A stretch of DNA of 37,165 bases. It comes from Nocardioides sp. Lineage in GTDB: Bacteria; Actinomycetota; Actinomycetes; Propionibacteriales; Nocardioidaceae. The translations under genes were made by a program, and so were the position numbers. Within the stretch, counting starts at the first letter, position 1. Each line of letters opens with the position of its first letter. The notes beneath the pieces are model-generated. The model had not been told where the DNA came from. It was given only the letters and a program-made list of their open reading frames with translations, and made no database searches. Shown here in pieces: positions 9,255 through 17,144 of this stretch. The DNA lies in assembly GCA_025965295.1 (NCBI GenBank), contig JAOPXF010000384.1, forward strand, positions 1 to 37,165, read 5' to 3'.

Positions 9255-10061
9255 ATGACCCTGCCCAGCTTCGAGCACCTCCTCGTCGAGCGGCCCGCCG
9301 ACGGCGTGCTCCAGGTGACGCTCGACCGGGCGGCGAAGTACAACGCGCTGACGTTCGGGATGTTCGACGACCTGACCACCCTGTGCCACGCAGTGGAGGG
9401 TGACCCTGAGGTCCGGGTCGTCGTCCTCACGGGCTCCGGTCCCGGCTTCTGCGCGGGCCTGGACCTGGAGGCGGTCGGCGCGCTGCTCGAGATGTCCCCC
9501 TACGAGTTTCTGCGCGGTCAGGAGAAGTGGGCCGGCGCCTCGCTGGCGCTGGCGCGGCTCACCGCTCCCGTCATCGCCGCGGTCAACGGCCCGGCGGCCG
9601 GTGCCGGATTCTCGCTCGCCCTGGCGTGCGACCTGCGAGTCGCGTCCACCGCCGCCCGGTTCAACGCCGCCTTCATCCGCGTGGGGCTCACGGGCGGCGA
9701 CATGGGCAGCTCCTGGCTGCTGCCGCGGATCGTCGGGCTGGGGGTGGCCAACGAGCTGCTCCTCACGGGCCGCTTCGTGCTGCCGGACGAAGCGCAACGC
9801 ATCGGCCTCGTCAACCGCGTCTGCGAGCCCGACGAGCTGCTCCCCGCCGCCCTCGAGCTGGCCGCCGCGATCATCGCCAACAGCCCGCTGGGCGTGCGGC
9901 TGACCAAGCAGGCGGTCCGGGCGAACCTGGGTGCCGCGAGCCTGGACCTGGGGATCGAGCTCGAGAACCGCAACCAGGCGCTGACCGCGCAGACGCAGGA
10001 CATGCGCGAGGCGTTGACCGCGTTCCTGGAACGCCGCAACCCCGTCTTCACCGGACGATGA
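9255..10061 (+). CDS. Enoyl-CoA hydratase/isomerase family protein
   Basis: GAAGGA RBS; GFCAGLDL, PVIAAVNGPAAGAG, GLTGGDMG; alternative starts 9231/9252. Confidence 0.92.
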   Translation: MTLPSFEHLLVERPADGVLQVTLDRAAKYNALTFGMFDDLTTLCHAVEGDPEVRVVVLTGSGPGFCAGLDLEAVGALLEMSPYEFLRGQEKWAGASLALARLTAPVIAAVNGPAAGAGFSLALACDLRVASTAARFNAAFIRVGLTGGDMGSSWLLPRIVGLGVANELLLTGRFVLPDEAQRIGLVNRVCEPDELLPAALELAAAIIANSPLGVRLTKQAVRANLGAASLDLGIELENRNQALTAQTQDMREALTAFLERRNPVFTGR

Positions 10062-11122
10062 CCATGGACGTCGGGGTCGCGCTGCCGGACGCGGGTCTCT
10101 CCGTCCGCGACGTCGTGACCCTCGCGCAGGAGGCCGAGGCCGCCGGCGTGGACGCGGTCTACGCGGTGGAGGCGGTCCGCACGGCCACGGTCCCGCTCGC
10201 CGCGATCGCGGCGGGCACCTCCGTGATCCGCTTCGGGCCGTACGCCGTCAACGCCTACGCCCGCTCCGCGGGTCTCACCGCCCTCACCGCGATCGACCTC
10301 GCCGCGCTCGCCGGCGGCCGGCTCACGCTCTGCGTGGCGGCCGGCAACCGGCACCTCAACGAGGAGATCCACGGCGTCGAGGCGCAACGCCCGGCTACGC
10401 GGATGGCGGAGTACCTCACCATCCTGCGCCGGATGCTGGCCGCGGAGCCGGGTCAGGAGGTGCGCTTCGAGGGCGAGCTCCTCCGGATGGGGCCATGGCT
10501 GCCGACGACGCCGCCGATCCACGTGCCTGTCCTGCTGGCCGGGGTCCAGCCGGCCATGCTGCGCACGGCCGGCCGGCATGCCGACGGGGTTGCGCTCGGC
10601 GTCCTCCACTCACCGGAGCATGTCGCGGCGGTGGTGCTGCCCCAGTTCCGCGCCGCCGCCGAGGCGGCCGGGCGGGACCCCGCCCTGCTGCGGGTGACCC
10701 TGGGCGTGTCGGTGGCGGTCGACGAGGACCGCGAGGCCGCTCGCGCCGCCGTACGCCGGATGGTGTGCGCGCTGTTCTCGCCGCTGCCGCACCCCTACTA
10801 CGAGTTCGCGATGCGCGAGCAGGGCTTCGCGAGCACCGTCGACGCCCTCGCCCGGCTGGTCCCCGAAGGTCGCTGGCGGGAGGCCGTGGCCGCGGTGCCC
10901 GACGAGCTGGTCGACACGCTCGCGGTCGCCGGGGACCCGGCGGCCTCCCGGGCCGCCCTCGCCAGGTACGACGGTCTCGTGGACGAGGTCGTGCTCGTCA
11001 ACGCCCGGGGCCCGCTGGACACGGCGGAACCATGGCAGGACTCGAACCGCGCGGTCATCGCCCTGGCCGGGGGGATGCGGGCGACGGAGCTCGCGAGCCC
11101 CGCGCGGCCGCCGTCCGGCTAG
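10058..11122 (+). CDS. LLM-class (luciferase-like) flavin/F420-dependent oxidoreductase
   Basis: LAQEAEAAGVD, LAAIAAGTSVIRFG, LAGGRL, MLRTAGRHADG; ATGA overlap. Confidence 0.88.
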   Translation: MTMDVGVALPDAGLSVRDVVTLAQEAEAAGVDAVYAVEAVRTATVPLAAIAAGTSVIRFGPYAVNAYARSAGLTALTAIDLAALAGGRLTLCVAAGNRHLNEEIHGVEAQRPATRMAEYLTILRRMLAAEPGQEVRFEGELLRMGPWLPTTPPIHVPVLLAGVQPAMLRTAGRHADGVALGVLHSPEHVAAVVLPQFRAAAEAAGRDPALLRVTLGVSVAVDEDREAARAAVRRMVCALFSPLPHPYYEFAMREQGFASTVDALARLVPEGRWREAVAAVPDELVDTLAVAGDPAASRAALARYDGLVDEVVLVNARGPLDTAEPWQDSNRAVIALAGGMRATELASPARPPSG

Positions 11123-11189
11123 CCGCCGGGCCGGGGAGCGCGGCGGCGGGGACCGGGGCAGCGAAAGACGGATGCGGACGGAGGGGCAC

Positions 11190-12029
11190 ATGCTGGTGGG
11201 AGTGGTCGGATGCGGCCTGATGGGGGCCGGGATCGCCGAGGTCACGGCCCGGGCGGGGATCGACGTCGTCGTCCACGAGTCCACGGCCGAGCTCGCCGCC
11301 GCGGGCCGGGAGCGCCTCGAGCGCTCACTGGAGCGCGCACAGGAGCGCGGCAAGATCGCCGACGCGGCCGCGGTGCTGAGCCGGGTCACCCTGGTCTCCG
11401 ACCTCGGGGCGCTCCACGACCGCGATCTCGTGGTGGAGGCGATCGTCGAGGACGAGCACGTGAAGACCGAGCTGTTCCGGCGTCTCGACGGGATCGTCAC
11501 GAGTCCCGAGGCCGTGCTGGCGTCGAACACGTCGTCGATCCCGATCATGAAGCTGGCCGTCGCCACGAAGCGCCCCAGCCACGTGCTGGGCATCCACTTC
11601 TTCAACCCGGTCCCCGTCCTGTCGCTGGTGGAGCTCGTCCCCAGCCTGATGACCGACCCCGCCGTGACCGCGCGCGCCCGGGCCTTCGTCGAGGGGGACC
11701 TGGGCAAGCACGCCATCGACTGCCCGGACCGCGCGGGCTTCATCGTCAACTCGCTGCTGGTGCCCTTCATCCTGTCCGCGATCCGGATGCTGGAGTCCGG
11801 CTTCGCGACGGCCGCGGACATCGACCAGGGGCTCGTGCGCGGAGCAGCCCACCCGCAGGGACCGCTTGCCCTTGCCGACCTGATCGGCCTGGACACGACG
11901 AAGGCCGTGGCCGACTCGCTGTACCAGGAGTTCAAGGAACCTCTCTTCGCCCCTCCGCCCCTGCTCGCGCGGATGGTGGATGCCGGGCTCCTCGGCCGCA
12001 AGGCCGGCCGGGGCTTCTTCACCTACTGA
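11190..12029 (+). CDS. 3-hydroxybutyryl/3-hydroxyacyl-CoA dehydrogenase
   Basis: GCGLMGAGIA, VEAIVE, ASNTSS, HFFNP, GFIVN, GRKAGRGFF; GAGGGG RBS before ATG 11190. Confidence 0.94.
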   Translation: MLVGVVGCGLMGAGIAEVTARAGIDVVVHESTAELAAAGRERLERSLERAQERGKIADAAAVLSRVTLVSDLGALHDRDLVVEAIVEDEHVKTELFRRLDGIVTSPEAVLASNTSSIPIMKLAVATKRPSHVLGIHFFNPVPVLSLVELVPSLMTDPAVTARARAFVEGDLGKHAIDCPDRAGFIVNSLLVPFILSAIRMLESGFATAADIDQGLVRGAAHPQGPLALADLIGLDTTKAVADSLYQEFKEPLFAPPPLLARMVDAGLLGRKAGRGFFTY

Positions 12030-12062
12030 TCTCAACCGGGCACCACACAGACAGGAAGACAC

Positions 12063-13244
12063 GTGACCGACCTCGACGCCCTCGTGGCGACCACCCGCGA
12101 CTTCGTCCGCACCACGGTGCTGCCGCTCGACGATGAGTTCGACGGCGACATCCACGCCGCCGGCGGCGACGGCCTGCGGACTCGCCTGCAGGCCGAGGCG
12201 GGGCGGCGCGGGATCCTCGCGCCGCACGCCCCCGTGGACTGCGGTGGCCTCGGCCTCGGCATGGTCGCCCGAGCCCCCGTGTTCGAGGCGGCCGGCTACT
12301 CGCTGTTCGGCCCGGTCGCCCTGAACATCAACGCGCCGGACGAGGGCAACATCCATCTGCTCGACCAGGTCGCCGACCCGGACCAGCGCCGGCGGTTCCT
12401 CGAGCCGCTGGCCCGCGGTGCGGTCCGCTCCGCCTTCGCCATGACGGAGCCGGCGCCGGGTGCCGGCTCCGACCCGACCGCGCTCGCGACCACGGCGACC
12501 CGCGTGCCGGACGGCTGGGTGCTGGACGGACGGAAGTGGTTCATCACGGGGGCCGACGGCGCGGCGTTCTTCATCGTCATGGCGCGCACCAGCGGCGCAC
12601 CGGGCGAGCCCGGCGGGGCCACCATGTTCCTGGTGCCCGCGGACAGCCCGGGCGTTGAGGTGCTCCGGCACATCGAGACCGTGGACCGGTCGATGCTCGG
12701 CGGCCACTGTGAGATGACGTTCACGCGGGTCTTCGTCGCCGACGGCCAGGTTCTCGGCGGCGTCGACGAGGGGTTCAGGTACGCCCAGGTGCGGCTGGGG
12801 CCGGCCCGGATGACCCACGTGATGCGGTGGACGGGAGCCGCCCAGCGGGCCCACGAGGTCGCGGTCGCCCACGTCGCCGGGCGGGAGGCGTTCGGGTCGC
12901 GACTGTCCGATCTCGGCATGATGCAGCAGCTGATCGCCGACAGCGAGATCGACCTCGCGGCCACCCGGGCCCTGCTGCTCGAGGCCTGCCGGGAACTCGA
13001 CTCCGGTGGCCGGGCCGCCAAGGCGACGTCGATCGCCAAGACGTTCGCGGCCGAGGCGCTGCACCGCGTGGTCGACCGGTCGACCCAGATGTGCGGCGGG
13101 CTCGGCGTCTCGCGGGACCTGCCGGTCGCCAGGATCGCCCGCGAGCTGCGCCCGTTCCGGATCTACGACGGTCCCTCGGAGGTCCACCGGTGGTCGATCG
13201 CCCGGCGAGCCGTGCGCACCATCACGGGAGGTGCGAGCGCATGA
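12063..13244 (+). CDS. Acyl-CoA dehydrogenase family protein (ACAD10/11-like clade)
   Basis: APDEGN, FAMTEP, GRKWFITGA, RLGPAR, RIYDGPSEVH. Confidence 0.92.
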   Translation: MTDLDALVATTRDFVRTTVLPLDDEFDGDIHAAGGDGLRTRLQAEAGRRGILAPHAPVDCGGLGLGMVARAPVFEAAGYSLFGPVALNINAPDEGNIHLLDQVADPDQRRRFLEPLARGAVRSAFAMTEPAPGAGSDPTALATTATRVPDGWVLDGRKWFITGADGAAFFIVMARTSGAPGEPGGATMFLVPADSPGVEVLRHIETVDRSMLGGHCEMTFTRVFVADGQVLGGVDEGFRYAQVRLGPARMTHVMRWTGAAQRAHEVAVAHVAGREAFGSRLSDLGMMQQLIADSEIDLAATRALLLEACRELDSGGRAAKATSIAKTFAAEALHRVVDRSTQMCGGLGVSRDLPVARIARELRPFRIYDGPSEVHRWSIARRAVRTITGGASA

Positions 13245-14419
13245 ACGACGACAGGATCGTCCTGGTCGACGGGGCCCGGACGCCCGTCGGCAGCTTCGGG
13301 GGCGTCTTCAAGGACGTGCCCGCGCACGAGCTCGGGGCCGCCGCCACCAGGGCGGCCCTCGAACGGGCCGGGTTCGGGGCGGCGGACGTCGAGGAGGTGG
13401 TGATGGGCTGCATCGGACAGGTGGGACCGGACGCCTACAACGCGCGCCGCGTGGCGGTCGCGGCGGGACTGCCCACCAGCGTCCCCGCGTACACGGTCAA
13501 CCGGCTGTGCGGGTCCGGGCTCCAGGCCATCTGGTCGGCCGCCATGGAGATGCGCTGGAATGACCTCGACGTCGCCCTGGCGGGTGGCGACGAGTCCATG
13601 AGCCGGATGCCGTTCTACGACTTCGGGGCCCGCAACGGCTACCGGCTCGGAGACCGCCCGCTCGTGGACGGCACCGTGATGATGCTGACCGACCCGTTCC
13701 ACGGGTTCCACATGGGGGTGACCGCGGAGCGGGTCGCCGAGAAGTACGACGTCTCCAGGGTCGCGCAGGACGAGTTCGCGGCGGAGTCACAGCGTCGGGC
13801 CGCCACCTCGGCCGCCCGGGCCGTCTTCGCGGAGGAGATCGTGCCGGTCGAGGTCGGCGGCCGCCGGCCGGTCACGGTCACCGAGGACCAGCACCCGAAG
13901 CCCGAGACGACCGTCGAGACGCTCGCGGTGCTGCGCCCGGCCTTTGCGGCCGACGGCACCGTGACCGCGGGGAACGCCTCGGGCATCAACGACGGTGCCG
14001 CGGCGGTCGTGCTGGCCCGGGAGTCGGTGGTGGCCGAGCGCGGGCTCACCGGTCTGGTGACGCTCGAGGCGGTGGCCACGGCGGCGATGGAGCCCGAGCT
14101 CATGGGCTACGCACCGGTGCTCGCCCTGCGGAGCCTCTTCAGCAAGACTGGCACGACGCCCCGTGACATCGACGTCGTGGAGCTGAACGAGGCGTTCGCC
14201 TCGCAGGCGGTGGCGGTCATCCGCGACGCGGGGCTCGACCCCGAGAAGGTGAACCCCTACGGCGGAGCCATCGCGCTGGGGCACCCGGTCGGCGCGACCG
14301 GGGCGATCCTGTCGCTCCGGGTGGCCCGCGACCTGGTCCGCCGCGACCTCGAGCTGGGCGTCGTCACGATGTGCATCGGGGGCGGCCAGGCTCTGGCGGC
14401 CCTGTTCCGCAGGCATTGA
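13241..14419 (+). CDS. Acetyl-CoA acetyltransferase (thiolase)
   Basis: NRLCGSG, NASGINDGAA, NEAF, GHPVG, MCIGGG; ATGA overlap. Confidence 0.95.
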   Translation: MNDDRIVLVDGARTPVGSFGGVFKDVPAHELGAAATRAALERAGFGAADVEEVVMGCIGQVGPDAYNARRVAVAAGLPTSVPAYTVNRLCGSGLQAIWSAAMEMRWNDLDVALAGGDESMSRMPFYDFGARNGYRLGDRPLVDGTVMMLTDPFHGFHMGVTAERVAEKYDVSRVAQDEFAAESQRRAATSAARAVFAEEIVPVEVGGRRPVTVTEDQHPKPETTVETLAVLRPAFAADGTVTAGNASGINDGAAAVVLARESVVAERGLTGLVTLEAVATAAMEPELMGYAPVLALRSLFSKTGTTPRDIDVVELNEAFASQAVAVIRDAGLDPEKVNPYGGAIALGHPVGATGAILSLRVARDLVRRDLELGVVTMCIGGGQALAALFRRH

Positions 14420-14429
14420 GCTCCCGGGC

Positions 14430-14454
14430 GAATGGGCGCCGGTGCAACGGGTAC
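14430..14454 (+). promoter_or_regulatory. Putative SigB/SigF-type stress sigma promoter
   Basis: GAAT-N15-GGGTAC, 23 nt upstream of the GTG at 14478. Confidence 0.5.
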
Positions 14455-14477
14455 GCCCCCTTCGACAGGAGGTGTGC

Positions 14478-15164
14478 GTGCAGCCGATTCCGGAGACAGT
14501 GCGGGCGATCGAGGAGCTCGGCCCGTTCGCGCACCGCGGCGACCTTCTCGAGGAGCTCACCGAGATGGGACGTCGCGTCGCGACGCTCGTCCCCGACTGT
14601 GTCGGCATGAGCCTGGTCTCGGCCGCCCACGGCGTGACGTTCACGCTGCTCGCCTCCGACCAGCAGCTGGCGCTCCTCGACGCCCTGCACCGGCAGCCCG
14701 GCCAGGACGAGGAACCGCCGGGGGAGGTGGCGCGCGCCGAGGACGACCTGCTTGACGAGGAGGCGTGGCGGTTGCTCGCCCTCTCCAGCGCCGCCCGCTG
14801 CGTGCTCAGCACCCTCACGCTGCCGTTGCGCGGCGACGCCCGGATCTCCGGCGCGGTGAGCCTCTACGGTGCGTCCCGCCAGGCGTTCGCCGGCCATCAT
14901 CGCCACCTGGCCGAGATCCTCGGGGCCTGGGCGCCGGGCGCGGTCACCAACGCCGACCTCTCCTTCAGCACCCTGCGCGAGGCGGAGCAGGCGCCACGAT
15001 GGCTGCAGCGTGCCTCCACCATCGACCAGGCGGCGCAGCTCGTCGCCGCCGTCCACGCGGTGGCCATCGACACCGCCCGCGTGCGCATCCACGAGGCCGC
15101 CGAACGGGCGGGCATCACCGAGGAGCAGCTGGCCGAGGCCGTCATCCGCCTCGGCGGTCTCTGA
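14478..15164 (+). CDS. GAF + ANTAR-like domain protein (degenerate)
   Basis: AGGAGG RBS; GAF-like VLSTLTLPL..GAVSLYG..AF; C-terminal IDQA...A...I..AA...LAEAVI ANTAR-like helices. Confidence 0.65.
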   Translation: MQPIPETVRAIEELGPFAHRGDLLEELTEMGRRVATLVPDCVGMSLVSAAHGVTFTLLASDQQLALLDALHRQPGQDEEPPGEVARAEDDLLDEEAWRLLALSSAARCVLSTLTLPLRGDARISGAVSLYGASRQAFAGHHRHLAEILGAWAPGAVTNADLSFSTLREAEQAPRWLQRASTIDQAAQLVAAVHAVAIDTARVRIHEAAERAGITEEQLAEAVIRLGGL

Positions 15165-15198
15165 CCGCCGTCGAGCGAGCAGGGCTTAGGGTCGGACC

Positions 15199-15861
15199 AT
15201 GGCCCTGAGCAGCTCCGCGATCCGGATCGCGATCGTCAACGACTACGAGATCGTCGTGGCCGGGGTGGCGGCCGCCCTCGAGCCCTACGCCGACCGCGTC
15301 GAGGTCGTCGAGATGGACAGCCGGATGCCGGTGGTGAGTGACGTCGACGTGGTGCTCTACGACACCTTCGGCCAGGTGCAGGGCGACAGCGTCAACCTCG
15401 ACGAGCTGGTCGAGGGCGGCGAGGCCCGGGTCGTGATCTTCAGCTGGAACGTCCAGCCCGACCTGGTCCGGCGAGCACTCGCGTTGGGTGTGGCGGGCTA
15501 CCTCGACAAGTCGCTGACCGCCGAGCAGATCGTGGTTGCCCTCGAGGCGGTGCACCGCGGGGAGCAGGTCGTGCCCTCACCCCAGGCGGGTGCCGACTCG
15601 GTGTCCGGCGCCTGGCCCGGGCGGACGCACGGGCTCAGCAACCGCGAGGCCGAGGTGCTGGCGCTGATCACCCAGGGGCTCAGCAACCAGGAGATCGCCG
15701 AGCGCACCTACCTGAGCATCAACTCGGTGAAGACCTACATCCGTACGGCGTACCGCAAGATCGGTGTCACCCGCCGGGCCCAGGCCGTGGTCTGGGGAAT
15801 GCAGCACGACTTCGAGCCGGACCGGTCCCGTCACCTCGAGGCCAGGCCCGACCCGATCTGA
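15199..15861 (+). CDS. NarL/LuxR-family response regulator
   Basis: VNDYEIVVAG, VVLYD, GYLDK; HTH LSNREAEVLALITQGLSNQEIA..LSINSVKTY; TAGGGT-N6-ATG. Confidence 0.92.
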   Translation: MALSSSAIRIAIVNDYEIVVAGVAAALEPYADRVEVVEMDSRMPVVSDVDVVLYDTFGQVQGDSVNLDELVEGGEARVVIFSWNVQPDLVRRALALGVAGYLDKSLTAEQIVVALEAVHRGEQVVPSPQAGADSVSGAWPGRTHGLSNREAEVLALITQGLSNQEIAERTYLSINSVKTYIRTAYRKIGVTRRAQAVVWGMQHDFEPDRSRHLEARPDPI

Positions 15862-16303
15862 CCACCCCCGGAAGCATCACCTCCCGCAGCGCGTCCCCCG
15901 CACTCGCGACGGCGAGCACGACCTCCCCGCCGGCGCAGCGTGCCACCAGGTCGGGCAGGTCGCCGAGCCGCCCCTTGGCGAGGAAGCCGACCGCCCCGGC
16001 GCGCAGCATGGCGGCGACGGTGCCGGCGTCGGTGTCGGCGGAGACCGCGATCACGAGCGGTGCGCCGGACCGACCGAGGCCCGGCAGGCCGCTCATGGCG
16101 TGGGCGGCGGCGGGACCACCGCCCGGCATCCGGACGTCGAGGAGGACCACGTCGGGCCGCGCGGCCGCCGCGACGACGAGGGCCTGGTGGCCCGTCGCGG
16201 CGCTGCCGACGACCAGGAACCGGCGGTCGGCGGACAGCACGTCGACGAGTGCGTCGCGCACGCCGTCGTCGTCGTCGGCCACCACCACCCGGATCGGTGT
16301 CAT
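15767..16303 (-). CDS. Receiver-only response regulator
   Basis: VVADDD, PDVVLLDVRMPGG, VS, GFLAK; no HTH; AGGAGG RBS; true 3' end uncertain. Confidence 0.85.
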   Translation of the reverse strand: MTPIRVVVADDDDGVRDALVDVLSADRRFLVVGSAATGHQALVVAAAARPDVVLLDVRMPGGGPAAAHAMSGLPGLGRSGAPLVIAVSADTDAGTVAAMLRAGAVGFLAKGRLGDLPDLVARCAGGEVVLAVASAGDALREVMLPGVVRSGRAWPRGDGTGPARSRAAFPRPRPGPGG

Positions 16304-16377
16304 GTGCGTCCTCCTGCCCCCGGGACCATGCTGGTCCTCGGTCGCCCGGAGGGGCAGCCGCCGCCGTACTAGCCGTC

Positions 16378-16393
16378 TAGTACGTTGGCACTA
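16378..16393. promoter_or_regulatory. TAGT-N8-ACTA inverted-repeat box 1
   Basis: TAGTACGTTGGCACTA between two divergent regulator genes; similar box at 17109. Confidence 0.55.
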
Positions 16394-16443
16394 GGGGGCG
16401 CGCACACGGGGGCCGTGGCGCTGGCGCCGGAGGAGAAGAGCAG

Positions 16444-17100
16444 GTGAGCAGGTCCGAGGACGCAGTCACCCGCGTCCTGGTCGTCGACGACCACGAGGTC
16501 CTGGCCTCGAGCCTGGCCCACGTCCTGGACGCCGAGCCCGACCTGGTGACCGTGGGTGTTGCCGGGACCCTGGCGCGTGCGCGGGTCCTCGTCGCGACGA
16601 CGGCGCCCGACGTCGTCCTGCTCGACCACCGCCTCCCGGACGGCGACGGCGTGGCCGCGATCGGCGAGCTCCGCGCCCTGCGGCCCGGAATCCAGGTCGT
16701 CGTGCTGACGGCCAGCGCCGCCGACCACGTCCTCGTCTCCGCGATCGAGGCCGGGGCCGCCGGCTTCGTCTCCAAGACCCGCCCCCTCGCCGAGCTGACG
16801 GCCGCGGTCCGCGCCGCCGCGACCGGCGAGGCCGTGATCTCGCCGGAGCTGCTGGCGCGGCTGCTGCCCCGCCTGCACAGGACCGGCCGGGCCCGCCACC
16901 AGGAGCTGACCGAGCGTGAGCGCGAGGTCCTCGGCCTGCTCGCCGAGGGTCTCTCGAACGCCGCGATCGCCGAGGTGCTCACGGTCAGCGTGCACACGGT
17001 GCGCAACCACGTGGCCAACCTGTCGGCGAAGCTCGGCGCGCACTCGAAGCTCGAGGCGCTCTCGGTCGCGGTCCGCGAGGGACTGCTCCCCGGGCGGTGA
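16444..17100 (+). CDS. NarL/LuxR-family response regulator
   Basis: VVDDH, PDVVLLD, VLT, GFVSK; LTEREREVL..GLSN..IA..SVHTVRNHV. Confidence 0.95.
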   Translation: MSRSEDAVTRVLVVDDHEVLASSLAHVLDAEPDLVTVGVAGTLARARVLVATTAPDVVLLDHRLPDGDGVAAIGELRALRPGIQVVVLTASAADHVLVSAIEAGAAGFVSKTRPLAELTAAVRAAATGEAVISPELLARLLPRLHRTGRARHQELTEREREVLGLLAEGLSNAAIAEVLTVSVHTVRNHVANLSAKLGAHSKLEALSVAVREGLLPGR

Positions 17101-17108
17101 CCGCGGCC

Positions 17109-17124
17109 TAGTGCGTGCGCACTA
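17109..17124. promoter_or_regulatory. TAGT-N8-ACTA inverted-repeat box 2
   Basis: TAGTGCG-TG-CGCACTA, 7-bp perfect arms. Confidence 0.55.
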
Positions 17125-17144
17125 CGCAATCCGGTGTCTGTGCC

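Noticed and set aside
11095-11165. G/C-rich stretch as terminator or G-quadruplex
   Set aside because: No clean stem; not distinguishable from background at this GC content
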